Part shown: piece by piece, positions 1 through 10,719 of the stretch | How positions within the stretch are numbered: the first letter of the stretch is position 1 | How the letters are laid out: each line of letters starts with the position of its first letter | Assembly (NCBI GenBank): GCA_043228905.1 | Contig: JBHGNT010000530.1 | Location: forward strand, 1 to 21,468 | Direction of reading: 5' to 3' | Origin: Azolla caroliniana | Lineage: Eukaryota > Plantae > Polypodiophyta | DNA: 21,468 nucleotides | Notes under the pieces: generated by a model | Told to the model about the DNA's origin: nothing | The model's input: the letters and a program-made list of their open reading frames with translations, nothing else | Databases searched by the model: none | Program-made: the position numbers and the translations under genes

Positions 1-15
1 AATCCTCTGCATCTC

Positions 16-33
16 TGTGTGTGTGTGTGTGTG
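16..33. repeat. (TG)9 microsatellite upstream of the DJ1D start codon
   Basis: Direct reading. Confidence 0.9.
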
Positions 34-61
34 GCTTATAGGTGACGAAGTGAGACCAGCG

Positions 62-115
62 ATGGCACCGAAGTCGGCTCTACTTATTGTTGGGGACTAT
101 GTCGAGGATTACGAG
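62..115 (+). CDS. DJ1D: DJ1D exon 1 ([18 protein letters not shown])
   Basis: ATG at 62; GT donor at 116; EDYE motif matches domain 2 of the same gene. Confidence 0.92.
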
Positions 116-2538
116 GTATCTCTCTGTCTCTAGTCTCTGTCTCTGTCTCTGTCTCTGTCTGTCTGTCTGTCTCTCTTCTACACACCCCTCCCCTCCCCTC
201 CCCTCATCATAGATAGTATAACGTTGCTAGCAGCTGTGAAGGTGGAAATCACTAACAAGTCTGGATACTCTAGTTTTTTGTTTACTTGTTCTTATTTGAT
301 AGTTGCCTATACAGTCAGTCCCATACTTGAATGGCTTAGTGTTTATGTCGAAAATATATGATGCAACATGATATCTCTCTCCTTTCTGTAAATAAGTAAT
401 ATTTAAGAGATTCGGAAATTTGATCATAGACATGTTGTGAAACAGCAGCTGTCATTCTCTTTGCTTAATTCCAAGGCACGTTATTCATTCTGGAACAAAA
501 TTATGATAAAGATAATCTGGACCTTGAAGAACATTACCTCATCTATAGGATTTGGGAGGAATATGATTTAAAACTTTAAAAATTATGAATCCATACTTGA
601 AGTGGTATGGAGACTACATTTGTACGTTCTTCAGAATTAGGAAACATGTCAATTTCTGATTGCTCTTTGTAAGGGGAATTTACAGCCTTTTTGTCCTAGA
701 AGAAAGAAGAAAAGAGAACATAAACAGAAAAAAAGGTGAAAAACAAAGAAAAGCATGGTTCTAGAGATAATCAATGTGGTCAATACATTCTAAGATCCTT
801 AACTCCACCATATTATGCGTACTCACTTTCTTAATGCTCAATAAAGTTTTCAATTAATAACAAGTGATAAACGTTCCGTTTGTATTGTAAATTAATATGA
901 TGTGAGGTAATCCACGATCAATGCTCCCGTTACCATGCTTCAACACATATACATATATAATGTTCTAGATCTTCCTGTCGTTAACACTGCATCGCATTAT
1001 TGCTTGCACCTCCTGTTCAGTAAGACCAATCCTAAGGACCTGCATCACATTACCCTAGAACCTCAAGAGAATGCCTTGGCTCGATCACCCTCTCTAGTCT
1101 AATTATATGGTCTATCTTGACTCCTTTCAGGTAATGGTACCTTTTCAAGCTCTGCAAGCATATGGTTTGAGAGTTGATTCTATATGCCCGGCTAAGAAGG
1201 CAGGGGATTTATGTAAAACAGCTGTCCATGATTTTCTTGGGCATCAGGTAATTCCTCTGATGCTCATGATTATGGTGATGGTATACATCGTAGTATGTCT
1301 TTCTCTAATGATTGATGGTTGACTTCTAATATGCAGACATACAGTGAGACCCCTGGACACAATTTTGCTTTGACGGCTACATTTGAGGACGTTGATGTGA
1401 GAAATTATGATATTCTGGTGATACCGGGTGGAAGAGCTCCCGAATATCTATCCATAAATGATGTGGTGGTCAACCTCGTCAAGGCATTTGCATCACTTGA
1501 CAGACCCATCGCATCCATTTGTCACGGGCAATTAATCCTGGCATCAGCAGGCCTGCTAAAAGGAAAGAAATGCACAGCCTATCCTGCTGTGAAGCCGTCC
1601 ATAGATGCTGCTGGGGGTATTTGGCTAGAGCCGAAGCCTATAACATCATGTTTTGCTGATGGGCAGCTGATCACTGGTGCTGCATGGCCTGGACACCCTC
1701 AATTTCTCAGCCTTTCCTTAAAGTCTCTTGGGGCAAAGATATCAAATGCAGATAAGAAGGTTCTCTTCATTTGTGGGGTAAATGCTTTATCCTACCTACA
1801 AACTCCCTTGAAGACCAGACAGACTATGGACACTGTCAAAGATAGTCTTCCACACTATCCCTTGCTTAAATCTTTATTGGTATATTATCTGACTATGATC
1901 TCCGATTTGCAGGACTTCATGGAGGACTATGAGGTAATGGTCCCCTTTCAAGCATTGCAAGGTCTAGGCTACTGTGTCGATGCTATTTGTCCAGGAAAGA
2001 AAGTAGGCGAGACGTGTCCTACAGCCATACATGATTTTGAAGGTGCACAAACATACAGTGAGAAACCGGGCCATAACTTCACACTGACAGCAGACTTTGA
2101 TGAAGTGAAAGCTGATGATTATGATGCTCTAGTTATTCCTGGGGGCAGAGCACCAGAATATTTATCCTTAAATGAGAGTGTTTTAGATATTGTGAGGTGG
2201 TTTGCAAAGTCAAATAAGCCAATCGCTTCTATTTGTCACGGGCAGCAGATATTGGCTGCTGCTGGAGTATTGAAGGTAAAAAAAGAAATTGAGAACTCCA
2301 ACATAAAGTTTGTGTAAGAGAATGCACTAAAAATCGGAAGTGTTTACAGGGCAAGAACTGCACTGCATATCCAGCAGTGAAACCCCAAGTCATAGCGGCT
2401 GGGGCAGTGTGGATGGAGCCCCATCCTATTTCCAAATGCTTCACAGATGGGAATCTTGTGACTGGAGCTGCATGGCCTGCACACCCACAACTCATATCTC
2501 AGCTCATGGCTCTGCTTGGGACTGAGGTGCTCTTTTGA
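62..2538 (+). CDS. DJ1D: Two-domain DJ-1/PfpI family protein (DJ-1 homolog D / YLS5-like, glutathione-independent glyoxalase III); 5 exons: 62-115, 1131-1247, 1337-1777, 1913-2275, 2350-2538; 387 aa
   Basis: Manual splicing at GT..AG (all four introns phase 0) gives an open frame [18 protein letters not shown]|VMVPFQAL...LGHQ|[10 protein letters not shown]...LFICG|[13 protein letters not shown]...GVLK|[12 protein letters not shown]...LLGTEVLF*. Both PfpI domains keep [18 protein letters not shown] (catalytic Cys) and TGAAWP. Confidence 0.95.
119..204. repeat. (CTCTGT)n/(CTGT)n and CCCCT pyrimidine-rich microsatellite at the start of intron 1
   Basis: Direct reading. Confidence 0.85.
1131..1247 (+). 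CDS. DJ1D: DJ1D exon 2
   Basis: ctcctttcAG acceptor ends at 1130; [12 protein letters not shown]...HDFLGHQ; GTAATT donor at 1248. Confidence 0.95.
1337..1777 (+). CDS. DJ1D: DJ1D exon 3
   Basis: atgcAG acceptor ends at 1336; contains [10 protein letters not shown] and ICHG; GTAAAT donor at 1778. Confidence 0.93.
1913..2275 (+). CDS. DJ1D: DJ1D exon 4
   Basis: ttgcAG acceptor ends at 1912; DFMEDYE...ICHGQQ...GVLK; GTAAAA donor at 2276. Confidence 0.93.
2350..2538 (+). CDS. DJ1D: DJ1D exon 5 (not in the ORF track in this frame)
   Basis: tttacAG acceptor ends at 2349; [24 protein letters not shown]...[10 protein letters not shown]...VLF then TGA. Confidence 0.93.
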   Translation, partial: GKNCTAYPAVKPQVIAAGAVWMEPHPISKCFTDGNLVTGAAWPAHPQLISQLMALLGTEVLF

Positions 2539-3582
2539 TAGGCTGATTTACATATGCATAGATACCTATATTGCCAATGAGATGTAATGCATGCATGCAT
2601 GCTTAGTACAGCTGATGATTGTGTTTTGTTAAATATTTGATGCTGTTAGCTGGAACTATCTTCATCAATAATGAATGCTTCTGGAGTAACTCATTATTTA
2701 ACTGTAAATGCTTTGTCTCTTTATGAGTCTTGTTTACAAGGAAATAACATCGAGACAAACACCACTCCATAATGCACAAGACAAAGTAAAATTGGATTTG
2801 GGACTTGCATACTGGTGGAATGTTCGATCACTACTCATATTCAAAGTTAATGATGTGTTGGTTGGCTTGAGATTCAACGTTACCTTTTGCATGGTCCAAT
2901 ATTATTGTCCATCTGATATGTGAACTATTTTGTGCCTTGTCCTAGCAATCACATTGCTAATGCAATCTTGGTTCTACCATGACTTTTTCCAAGGTTTGTT
3001 GTGCAATGTTATGACCATAAAAGATTTTCAGTACATGAAAGGACATATATATTATCTTCATGGCAATAAAATCATTTTAAAGCACATCATTATGGCATCA
3101 TAATAACATTTGCTTCATCAATCTAAAAAAGTTTGTGATTAATGAAGCAAATGTGATGCTACAGAATGAGAACATGGCTATTTTTCTAAAACATGTTAAA
3201 CAATCTATTTGCTAGGTTAACAACATTATGGATGTTCGTTAACATGGAACTTCCAAGACAAAAAAAAAGTGAGCTCAATTTATTCTTAATATTATTTCAT
3301 TAGATAGCAGAGTGGGATGCCACATTTTAGGATGCAACCCCAATGTTAGAGCAACCCATATGTGCAAGTTCCAAAGGGTATAGTTGATTAGTAAAAATTG
3401 CACATACAATGACCCTATTGATCCTTGTATTCAAGATTTTCTAATTCTTTTTACAAATTAACTTATTCTAGACATTTAAATGTGCGTAAGTTTATATTCC
3501 AGGCAAATGCAAGATTGGTACTTTTTTAAAATCACAGGTTAAGAAGAAAACTTTGATTGATCATTGTTTGGTTCAATACTTA

Positions 3583-3789
3583 CTACATCGAAGGTATTTT
3601 TTATGCAAGACTAGATGATTACGATTATGTGTATAGGCTTTTAGAAGACAAACCAATAGCGTACATGTACTCTCATTTGGTCAGGGGCATCAACGTCCTG
3701 ATGTTGCATACAATAGTTGCTCAGATTTATACACAATTAGTGCTAATGTGTATGAATGTATTTACAACAGTATGCCATGGAATTTGTAG
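3583..3789 (+). pseudogene. C-terminal fragment of the transposase (copy A)
   Basis: YIEGIFYARLDDYDYVYRLLEDKPIAYMYSHLV...MPWNL* (frameshifted) matches the minus-strand C-terminus at 11608-11815. Confidence 0.75.
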
Positions 3790-4251
3790 TTACAAGGAGG
3801 TCATACCAATTTTCTTGTAAAGTGGACAAAGTAGTTGTTTTACAAAAGAATAGTTTAATAAAACCGTTTGGGAGTCTTCTTTTTGTTCTTGTTTCTTAAT
3901 AAAATCGTGTTTATTAAATGTGTATTGACTGATAGTTTTACTTATTGTAACTTTAAGTTTTAGTGTCTGTTCAATGTGCATAATGAAGATTATACTGTCT
4001 GGAATACATTTTGACAATGGTTTTTTTACTCTTAAGTGAACCACGTACAAGTTCAAATAGTTTGTCATTATGAGAACAAGCAACAACATGAAATTAGAAA
4101 TCAATGACCTATTTTAAAATTACACAGTAGATAATTGACTCAAAACAAGCGATTTAATTATTCATTGATTAAATTGTCATCAAATTACATATTTATAATA
4201 CACCATTGGCAATGTCTACAAAGTGCCTATAAACAACTCAGTTTTTACTGG

Positions 4252-5895
4252 TTAGCGGAACTTCTCTACATATGTGTGATCTACATATCGAGCTCGGTAT
4301 AGAGTTCACAACCATGTAGTTAGTTGGCAACTCAATGTTTTCATGAAGTAATTATCAGACATTTCCTCAGGTACAATGAGACAACATTTTTGAGGGTTGA
4401 AGTAATGTCGGAAATGTTTTGTATCCACAATCAACGTATTGTCGGCATTATATTACGGCCAGGTATCCCAAAAATCAGAAAGTCTTTTGAATCTTGCAAT
4501 ATCCTTCTGCTCACATTTTTCTCGTGTCCACTGACCCTTGAAATGTTGCCGCCACTTTGGGAAGAATCTTTCTCACACTTCCACATATCTGTACGTGGTT
4601 TTTCACTCCAAATAAACAAATCAAAGTATTGCACAACCACTCTAGAAATTGATCAAGGCTCTTCTTTTGTCTTCTAATGGTTTAGGTTTCCATTCCTACA
4701 ACTAAGACTCTGTTACACCAAGTATTGGTAGCACACGATCAATTTCAATCAACTCAGGTTTTGTCGACACAATTGGTGTCCTTTTCCTCTTCAAACCCTT
4801 GGTCGGTTGTGTCGTTGGGTCTAGCTTCACAATGTTTTCCTCTTGTGCAGTCGTGGGGCATGGCTTTGTGCATGTAGATACTTCTGATTTCCATATCAGT
4901 CCACTCGTATCACATGATGCATCTACTTGAAAAATCAGATCATTTGTGCAACATTCTTGATCTACTTGCGTGACCAGGGCATCTGTGAAACATGCTTTAT
5001 CTACTTGCGTGATTAGGTCATCTGTGTTAGTAACTACATCTACGTTCACGATGGGGCCCTCTAAACATGCAACAACATCAACAGTTTCCAAACTACCATC
5101 GGCCTTCGAAACAATAGGTTTAGACCTGTTAAGACTCTACAACATCAAAAAACACCAACATATTCACGCTCACAAAGTCGCTAACAATATCACAAAACAA
5201 CATACTGAACATGAAATATTCTGCAACAAAATAATAATATTATCTTAATATCCATCATAGAGTTCCATTATATATCGTGGATCAAGCAACAACCAATATG
5301 AGGTTTTACTTGTCCAAATAGATCATAGAAAAACTTCATAATTTTTTAGGAAAATAGCTAATAGTCATATCCCAATAATCAGTAATTCAAGAGCCCCTTG
5401 ACCGAGTAACTGGTCTTGTCCCCAATCGCGGCCCCTTCTTCAGCATTTTTCTAAAAGGTTGCCCATTTAGCCTTGCTTCTTTCACCCATTGCGCAAGTGT
5501 GTCCTCCTTTGACAACCTTTCCATTGCCTCAACAAGGGCTTGCACATCAGCTGTGTCTTGTGCTAGTTGTTCAAGTAGAGTGGGATATGGTGAGACTTCA
5601 TTAGCAATTGGGTTCGGTGGGGTTGAATCAAGGTTCTGGGATTCGAAGAAATGTTGCATCAAGTGTTCAACATTGTTGTTATGAACCTCAAATTTACATG
5701 TTGGGTCCAATATTTCTTGGCTTTTGACAACGTTGCCTAATTCAGTGCAATCTTCCAAAAGAATACCGTGGAGCTAATCTGAAGGAGATGTGATAGCAGG
5801 ACTCTTACTTTCAGCCACGTTGCCAGCTATCTCCTCATCGGTTGCGGCGTCATCGGCACTGGACACCTCATGCAACCCCCTTAATCCACGAGATT
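4252..5895 (-). pseudogene. TE-borne spliced pseudogene: acidic linker exons plus a C-terminal FCP1/NIF (UBLCP1/SCP/TIM50-like HAD) phosphatase-like domain at ~4252-4757
   Basis: Reading through stops and two frameshifts gives ELIEIDRVL...KRRALINF/RVVVQYFDLFIWSEKPRT/YVEV*ERFFPKWRQHFKGQWTREKC...FKRLSDFWDTWP*YNADNTLIVDTKHFRHYFNPQKCCLIV. This follows the NIF pattern RP.L.EFL....FD..IWS....K.L..VW....Y...NT..VDD......NP. Acceptor-like TTGTAG at 5896 and ~5138. Confidence 0.68.
4900..5045 (-). repeat. 39-bp (13-aa) coding tandem repeat, ~3-4 degenerate copies
   Basis: DLITQVDKACFTD / ALVTQVDQECCTN / DLIFQVDASCDTS in ORF 4702..5091. Confidence 0.8.
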
Positions 5896-5910
5896 CTACA
5901 ACAACATGTC

Positions 5911-7290
5911 AGCTAATTAGCGGCTTCTCTTTAGCTACCCCTTTTTAGTATTATGTGTAGCTATAACTCTTGAAGTTATTTATCCACTACACTTGTGCTT
6001 TTCTACCACCTTAGCTGACAACTAAACATTGGCAGTAACTAGACTATAGATTGGCGGTAGCTAATTAGCAACGACTCTTGATACCGCTTAGCTAATTAGC
6101 TACAACTTAGCTATTTACCTACTATACTATAGATTGGCAGTAGCTAATTAACTACATCTTAGCTAATAAGCTACTATACTTAAGTATGGAAGTAGCTAAA
6201 TAGCCAAACGACCCTCGATACTGCTTAGCTCCTACGGTATAGATTGACTGTAGCTAATTAGCTACAATACTTAAGTATGGCAGTACCTAATTAACTACCA
6301 CTCTTGATACTGCTTAGCTAATTAGCTAATATACTTAAGTATGGCAATAGCTAATTAGATACGACTCTTGATACTTCTTAGCTAATTAGCTGCTGCACTA
6401 TAGACTAACAGTAGCTAATTAGCTACACCTTAGCTAATTAACGAGTATACTTAAGTATGGCAATAGGTTTTTAGCTACCACTCTTGATACTACTTAGCTA
6501 ATTAGCTACAATGTAGCTAATTAGTTGCGACAATATAGATTGGTAGTAGCTAATTAGCTACTATCGTTAAGTATGGCAGTAGCTAATTAGCTACCACTCT
6601 TGATACTGCTTTGCTAATTGGCTAAATTGTAGCTAATTAGCTACTACACTATAGATTGGCAATAGCTAATTAGCTACATCTCAGTAAATTAGTTACTATA
6701 CTTGAGTATGATAGTAGCTAATTAACTAAACGACTCTTGATATTGCTTAGCTAATTAGCTACAACCTAGTTAATTACCTACGACACTATAGATTGGCTAC
6801 TTAGCTAGTCTACTACAAAACCACAATAACTAATAAGCTACCACATGTTATACTGCTTAACTAATTAGCTACTACTCTTTATACTTCTTAGCTAATTAGC
6901 TACAACGTAGGTAATTAGCTACAACATAGGTAATTAGCTACTACACGACTGAACCACAATAGTTAATTACCTACCACACTTTATATGGCTTAGGTAATTA
7001 GGTACTACACTTTATACTACTTAGCTAGTTAGCTACATTGTAGGTAATTAGCTTCTTCCTTACAGAACTAGAATAACTATTTATCTACTACACTTTATAC
7101 TGCTTAGCTAATTAGCTAAGTTGTAACTAAATAGCTACTTCAGTACAAAACCACAATAGCTAATTAGCTACCATATTTTATACTGCTTAGTTAATTAGCT
7201 ACTACACTTTATAATGCTTAGCTAATTACCTACGTTGTAGCTAATTAGTTACTACAACACTGAATGCCAATAGCTAATTAACTACCACGC
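5911..7290. repeat. Array of the 12-bp palindrome AGCTAATTAGCT with recurring spacers (higher-order minisatellite)
   Basis: Dozens of exact or near copies. Spacers CACTATAGATTGGCAGT, TACTTAAGTATGGCAGT and ACTCTTGATACTGCTT recur in the left part; AAAACCACAAT and ACACTTTATACTGCTT recur in the right part. Confidence 0.93.
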
Positions 7291-7322
7291 TTTATACTAC
7301 TCAATAGAGACAATCAATAAAT

Positions 7323-9218
7323 TTACCCCTTCTATTTTCTCCACTCATCAGGGAGAGTTGTATTGCAATCCCCCAAACATATTGCAATAGTACAACAAGC
7401 ATATGCAAAATAAACGATATGGTATGTGTGTTGTCATGATCGTAGGTGTACTAGCAGGGTAGCAATTTTGTCCTCTACGCTTAAGCCGCAGGTGATGCAA
7501 CATGCTTGAACAATCAATATATTGTTGCCTGATTCTCCCACGTTTGGTAAGGGATAAAGAATGTTGAGGTCCAATTCTTGTTTACTCCTTACCATCCCCT
7601 CCACAAAATGTAGTTGCTTCGTATGACAACTAACTACTTGTTCTTGACGAGAGTATTGTTCCTACAACGCCACCGAAAAATTTACCGATTTATCATTCCT
7701 TAATGAGGAAGATAGAAGACCAAGAAACAAGAATCATTAACTTACTTGAAGGTTCTCCAAATTGTTATCAACAATATTATTTACACCTAGAAGATCCAAG
7801 TTCATTGAAAGAACTTGAATCTTCGTCTACAGCTATATTTTCCACTGGGGATTCCGTGGCCCCTCAATTTCGAGCTCATTTTTAGAAACCTATTCCAGAT
7901 AATGCCTCATTGAGCACATTTTCATGTACAAGTTATTTATAACATGTTACATACTAGCAAAACAATAGCGCTACTTGAATTTTATTTCTGATTGTTGTCA
8001 TTGCCAAAGTGACTTTGCTTTCCATTGGAGCAACCAATGTTGCTTTCTCTAAAGCAATCTTTGTTGCCTCCAATGTCTCATGGGCTTCATGGACATTTTT
8101 CAGCATGTAGGTAATCAATGTCTCACTTGTATCATCGACATTGGCTTTCATTGTGTTTCGGTGTGGTGTATATTTACGGGTTTGCTGGGAGTCGGCAGTT
8201 GCATTATCAACTACCGTGCTCCAGAATCTTGCCATCTTTTGTTGCAAGCTACCCATCTTTCGACATCGTTCTACCGACGCCTCACTTGCAAGAGCCCAAG
8301 CTACCCTTTACATTTCAGGGTCTGTTGCTTCCTTTGCTGTTTTGCAATACTCGTATGCAAAAGCTCTGGCGAATACAACGGACAACTCGTTGTTCACCGG
8401 GATCTCTTGATGTACTTTCTGGTGGAGCCTCATGCAGTAGACATACAACTCCGGTCATACATGATCCCGCTTCACCTTGCCCTTCACTCTAGGCACTTTA
8501 AAGACTCATAAGTAGTCTACATCACTGGAATCAATTTATCTGGGATACGGGGAAAGAGCGACATGAAATAAAAAATCAACACATGTTACCTTTGCTTTGT
8601 TGGGACATGTGTATTTAGAATCATAATTAGTAAGGAAGAATAAAAAATAAAAAATCAGGCACATGCATCAAAATCCTAAACCAAGTTTGGGGGAAGTTTG
8701 CAGACAAACAACCATTGAAATCAGAAATTGGAATTGATGCAAAATTTCAACCTTAAATCTGAAAATTTGAACCATAATCAGAAATGAATCGCTTAAAGAA
8801 ATCATAAACCCTAATCAGAAACCTTAATCAGAAACCCTAAAAAAGAACCCTAATTAGAAATCAACTGCTTAAAGAAATCATAAACCCTAATATGAAATAT
8901 GTATGAAATCATCCCTAATGAGAATTTTTGTCAATCAGAAACACACCTGTTCCTACACCTTGATCTTTGAGACATCCTTGTCTAGGACTCCAACGACTTT
9001 GCCCTAATCATTTTTTATAAAAGATGAACATGGAAGACAAGTACAATTATCAGAAAGGAAAAAAGAAGAAGATACCTAGACATGTAATGTGTAACTGATA
9101 GATACCTAGACGATGATCGAAATGGTCATGTGTTGGTGCTCGGAAGGTGCAATGTCGTTATCAGAGTTTTTGTGCTGTTGCGGGAGCTTCGTCTGCGTTC
9201 GTGCTCAAAGTACTCCAT
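7323..9218 (-). pseudogene. Multi-exon TE-associated pseudogene ending in a degenerate RING-H2-like zinc finger (~7340-7500); extent above ~8530 uncertain
   Basis: 8530-7975 is one frame with isolated stops (RLHQKVHQEIPVNNELSVVFARAFAYEY...RVAWALASEAS...). Intron-like GTAAGT..AAG at ~7747-7700. C-terminus CCITCGLSVEDKIATLLVHLRS*QHTYHIVYFAYACCTIAICLGDCNTTLPDEWRK. Confidence 0.55.
8670..8920 (+). repeat. Cluster of AAACCCTAA(TCAG) motifs and a duplicated CTTAAAGAAATCATAAACCCTAAT unit
   Basis: Direct reading at ~8793, 8807, 8832, 8868 and 8882. Confidence 0.6.
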
Positions 9219-9349
9219 CTGTTTGGATTTCTAACTCAAGCTGGTGATTAACAAGACTTTGGTGACATTCAAGTCGAGTTTAGGTGAGGGCGTTGTCGTA
9301 AAGATTTTTGCCAACGGTGTGAAAATTGAATGGAATGTACAAAATCGAG

Positions 9350-10410
9350 TGTGTTTCTTCACACACAACATAAAACAATAATAGTGAAGATACTATTTTA
9401 TACTAGTTTAATATCTTAGTACAAAAAGATGGAGGTCTTCAAGAGCTTTCAAATACACTTTACCACATAAGAAACATACAACTAACTAGCAAGTTATGTG
9501 GGTATGAAGTTTGCGAAGAAGAAGAGAAAAAACCAAACTACGAGATATCCCACATAGACAAGACAAATAAGGATCCCAGAGTATGTAAGCAAGGCCAAAA
9601 TCTATTACTTTGTGTCTATGAGTGGATCATAGAATGTTCAAGGTGACTTGAGCTAAACTAACCGGATGAATGGGTGTGGCCTAACTACTTGTAAAGGACG
9701 GAGGCGGCGACTGAGACCGAGACCGGATGGCAACGGTGATGGATAGGATCAGATCGGGATCAGATTGAACTGGTCAAGACAGACGGGACCGGATAGACGG
9801 ATCGGTCGGTTGATCGTGGTGCATGGTGTTTTGAAGATTTTTGGTGTAAATACAAGACCAAAAGCCTAGTAGTATTTTGTGTTTTAAAAGTGTGAGCAAG
9901 GCTTGAACCTTGCACCTCCAAGTTGAAAGTCAATAAGCTTACCACTAGGCCAAGTCATACCTTCAAAAGTTTTACTTTGATCATTTTACATGTAAATTCT
10001 CATACATGAGAGCTTAGATGATGACATGGCAAACATGCATTTCATGCATTACGTGCATGTCTTGCACCCTCACATGCACCATATGCATGGGGGCATCTAT
10101 AAAAGAGTGGAGCAATCAAGCAAGAAGAAACTAATGAAAATTTTGGGAAAAATAAGAAACTTGTAATCCTATTGTTGTATCTTCTCTCTTAAATCTAAAA
10201 GTTAAAAGTTTAATCTTTATCTCAATATCTGTCTTTCGTCATATCAATCTCTCTCAATCTATCTTAAATACTTTCTCGCTAAAGTTAGTGCAAACTTCGA
10301 ATCCTTCCGGTCCAGGACCCCAGTGGTTCCACCTCACGATCCGCATGTAGTGACAGATCTTCACGACCACGTTGTTCCAGAGCTTCCACTACGTTAGAAA
10401 CCAAAGTTCA
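9350..10410 (+). mobile_element. LTR-like dispersed repeat (possible solo LTR); right end approximate
   Basis: Starts with TGTG where homology to 20336 begins; first ~310 bp align with 20336-20641; CTATAAAAG TATA-like box at ~10097 followed by a pyrimidine-rich tract. No clean CA end or TSD found. Confidence 0.45.
9890..9960 (-). other. tRNA-derived fragment (Pol III A and B boxes), not a functional tRNA
   Basis: Minus strand reads TGGCCTAGTGGTAAG...ACTTTCAAC...GGTTCAAGCC with tRNA-like spacing; stems pair poorly. Confidence 0.55.
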
Positions 10411-10719
10411 AAATGTTGAGTATTCCCATAAATTGGCTATTCACCATAATAAATGATATGTAAAAAAAGAAAGTTTTGAGTAATAAAGCAAAAAAAATTC
10501 ATAAATGATCTTTATGATTTCCCCACAAAAAATTAGCTAAACAAATAACTAAATAGCTATGGCCATTTTAGCAGCTAATTAGCTATAATAGTGTTTTCAT
10601 TCCCATGCTTTTACCAACAAGTGTAATGGATAAATAACTTCATAGAAGTAGCTACACCTAACGAGAAAAAGTAGTAGATAAAGAGAAGCCGCTAATTACC
10701 TGACAACTGATGTCGATGT

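Larger units (their letters stand above)
3583..9300. mobile_element. DNA transposon copy A (transposase truncated to its C-terminus; accessory NIF-like and RING-like pseudogenes; palindrome array). Right boundary approximate
   Basis: 3583-3907 and 5132-5996 are reverse-complement homologs of 11466-11815 and 10617-11415, which adjoin the transposase of copy B. Including 7300-9300 in the same element is an inference. Confidence 0.6.

Noticed and set aside
1319-2317. 332-aa ORF as a complete prokaryote-like PfpI gene
   Set aside because: It is exons 3-4 of the spliced DJ1D gene plus intron read-through
2539-3582. ORF 2708..2923 and other features in the DJ1D 3' flank
   Set aside because: AT-rich 3' UTR/intergenic sequence with no supporting motif
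5911-7290. Palindromic repeats with spacers as a CRISPR array
   Set aside because: Repeat is only 12 bp, spacers recur and vary in length, and the array is embedded in transposon DNA
8080-8511. Three overlapping plus-strand ORFs
   Set aside because: No recognisable motifs; antisense shadows of the minus-strand pseudogene
8670-8920. Interstitial telomere or telo-box promoter
   Set aside because: AAACCCTAA motifs are scattered rather than tandem heptamers and lie within TE-derived sequence
9890-9960. Functional tRNA gene
   Set aside because: Acceptor and anticodon stems do not pair convincingly; kept only as a tRNA-derived fragment (same for 15012-15078)
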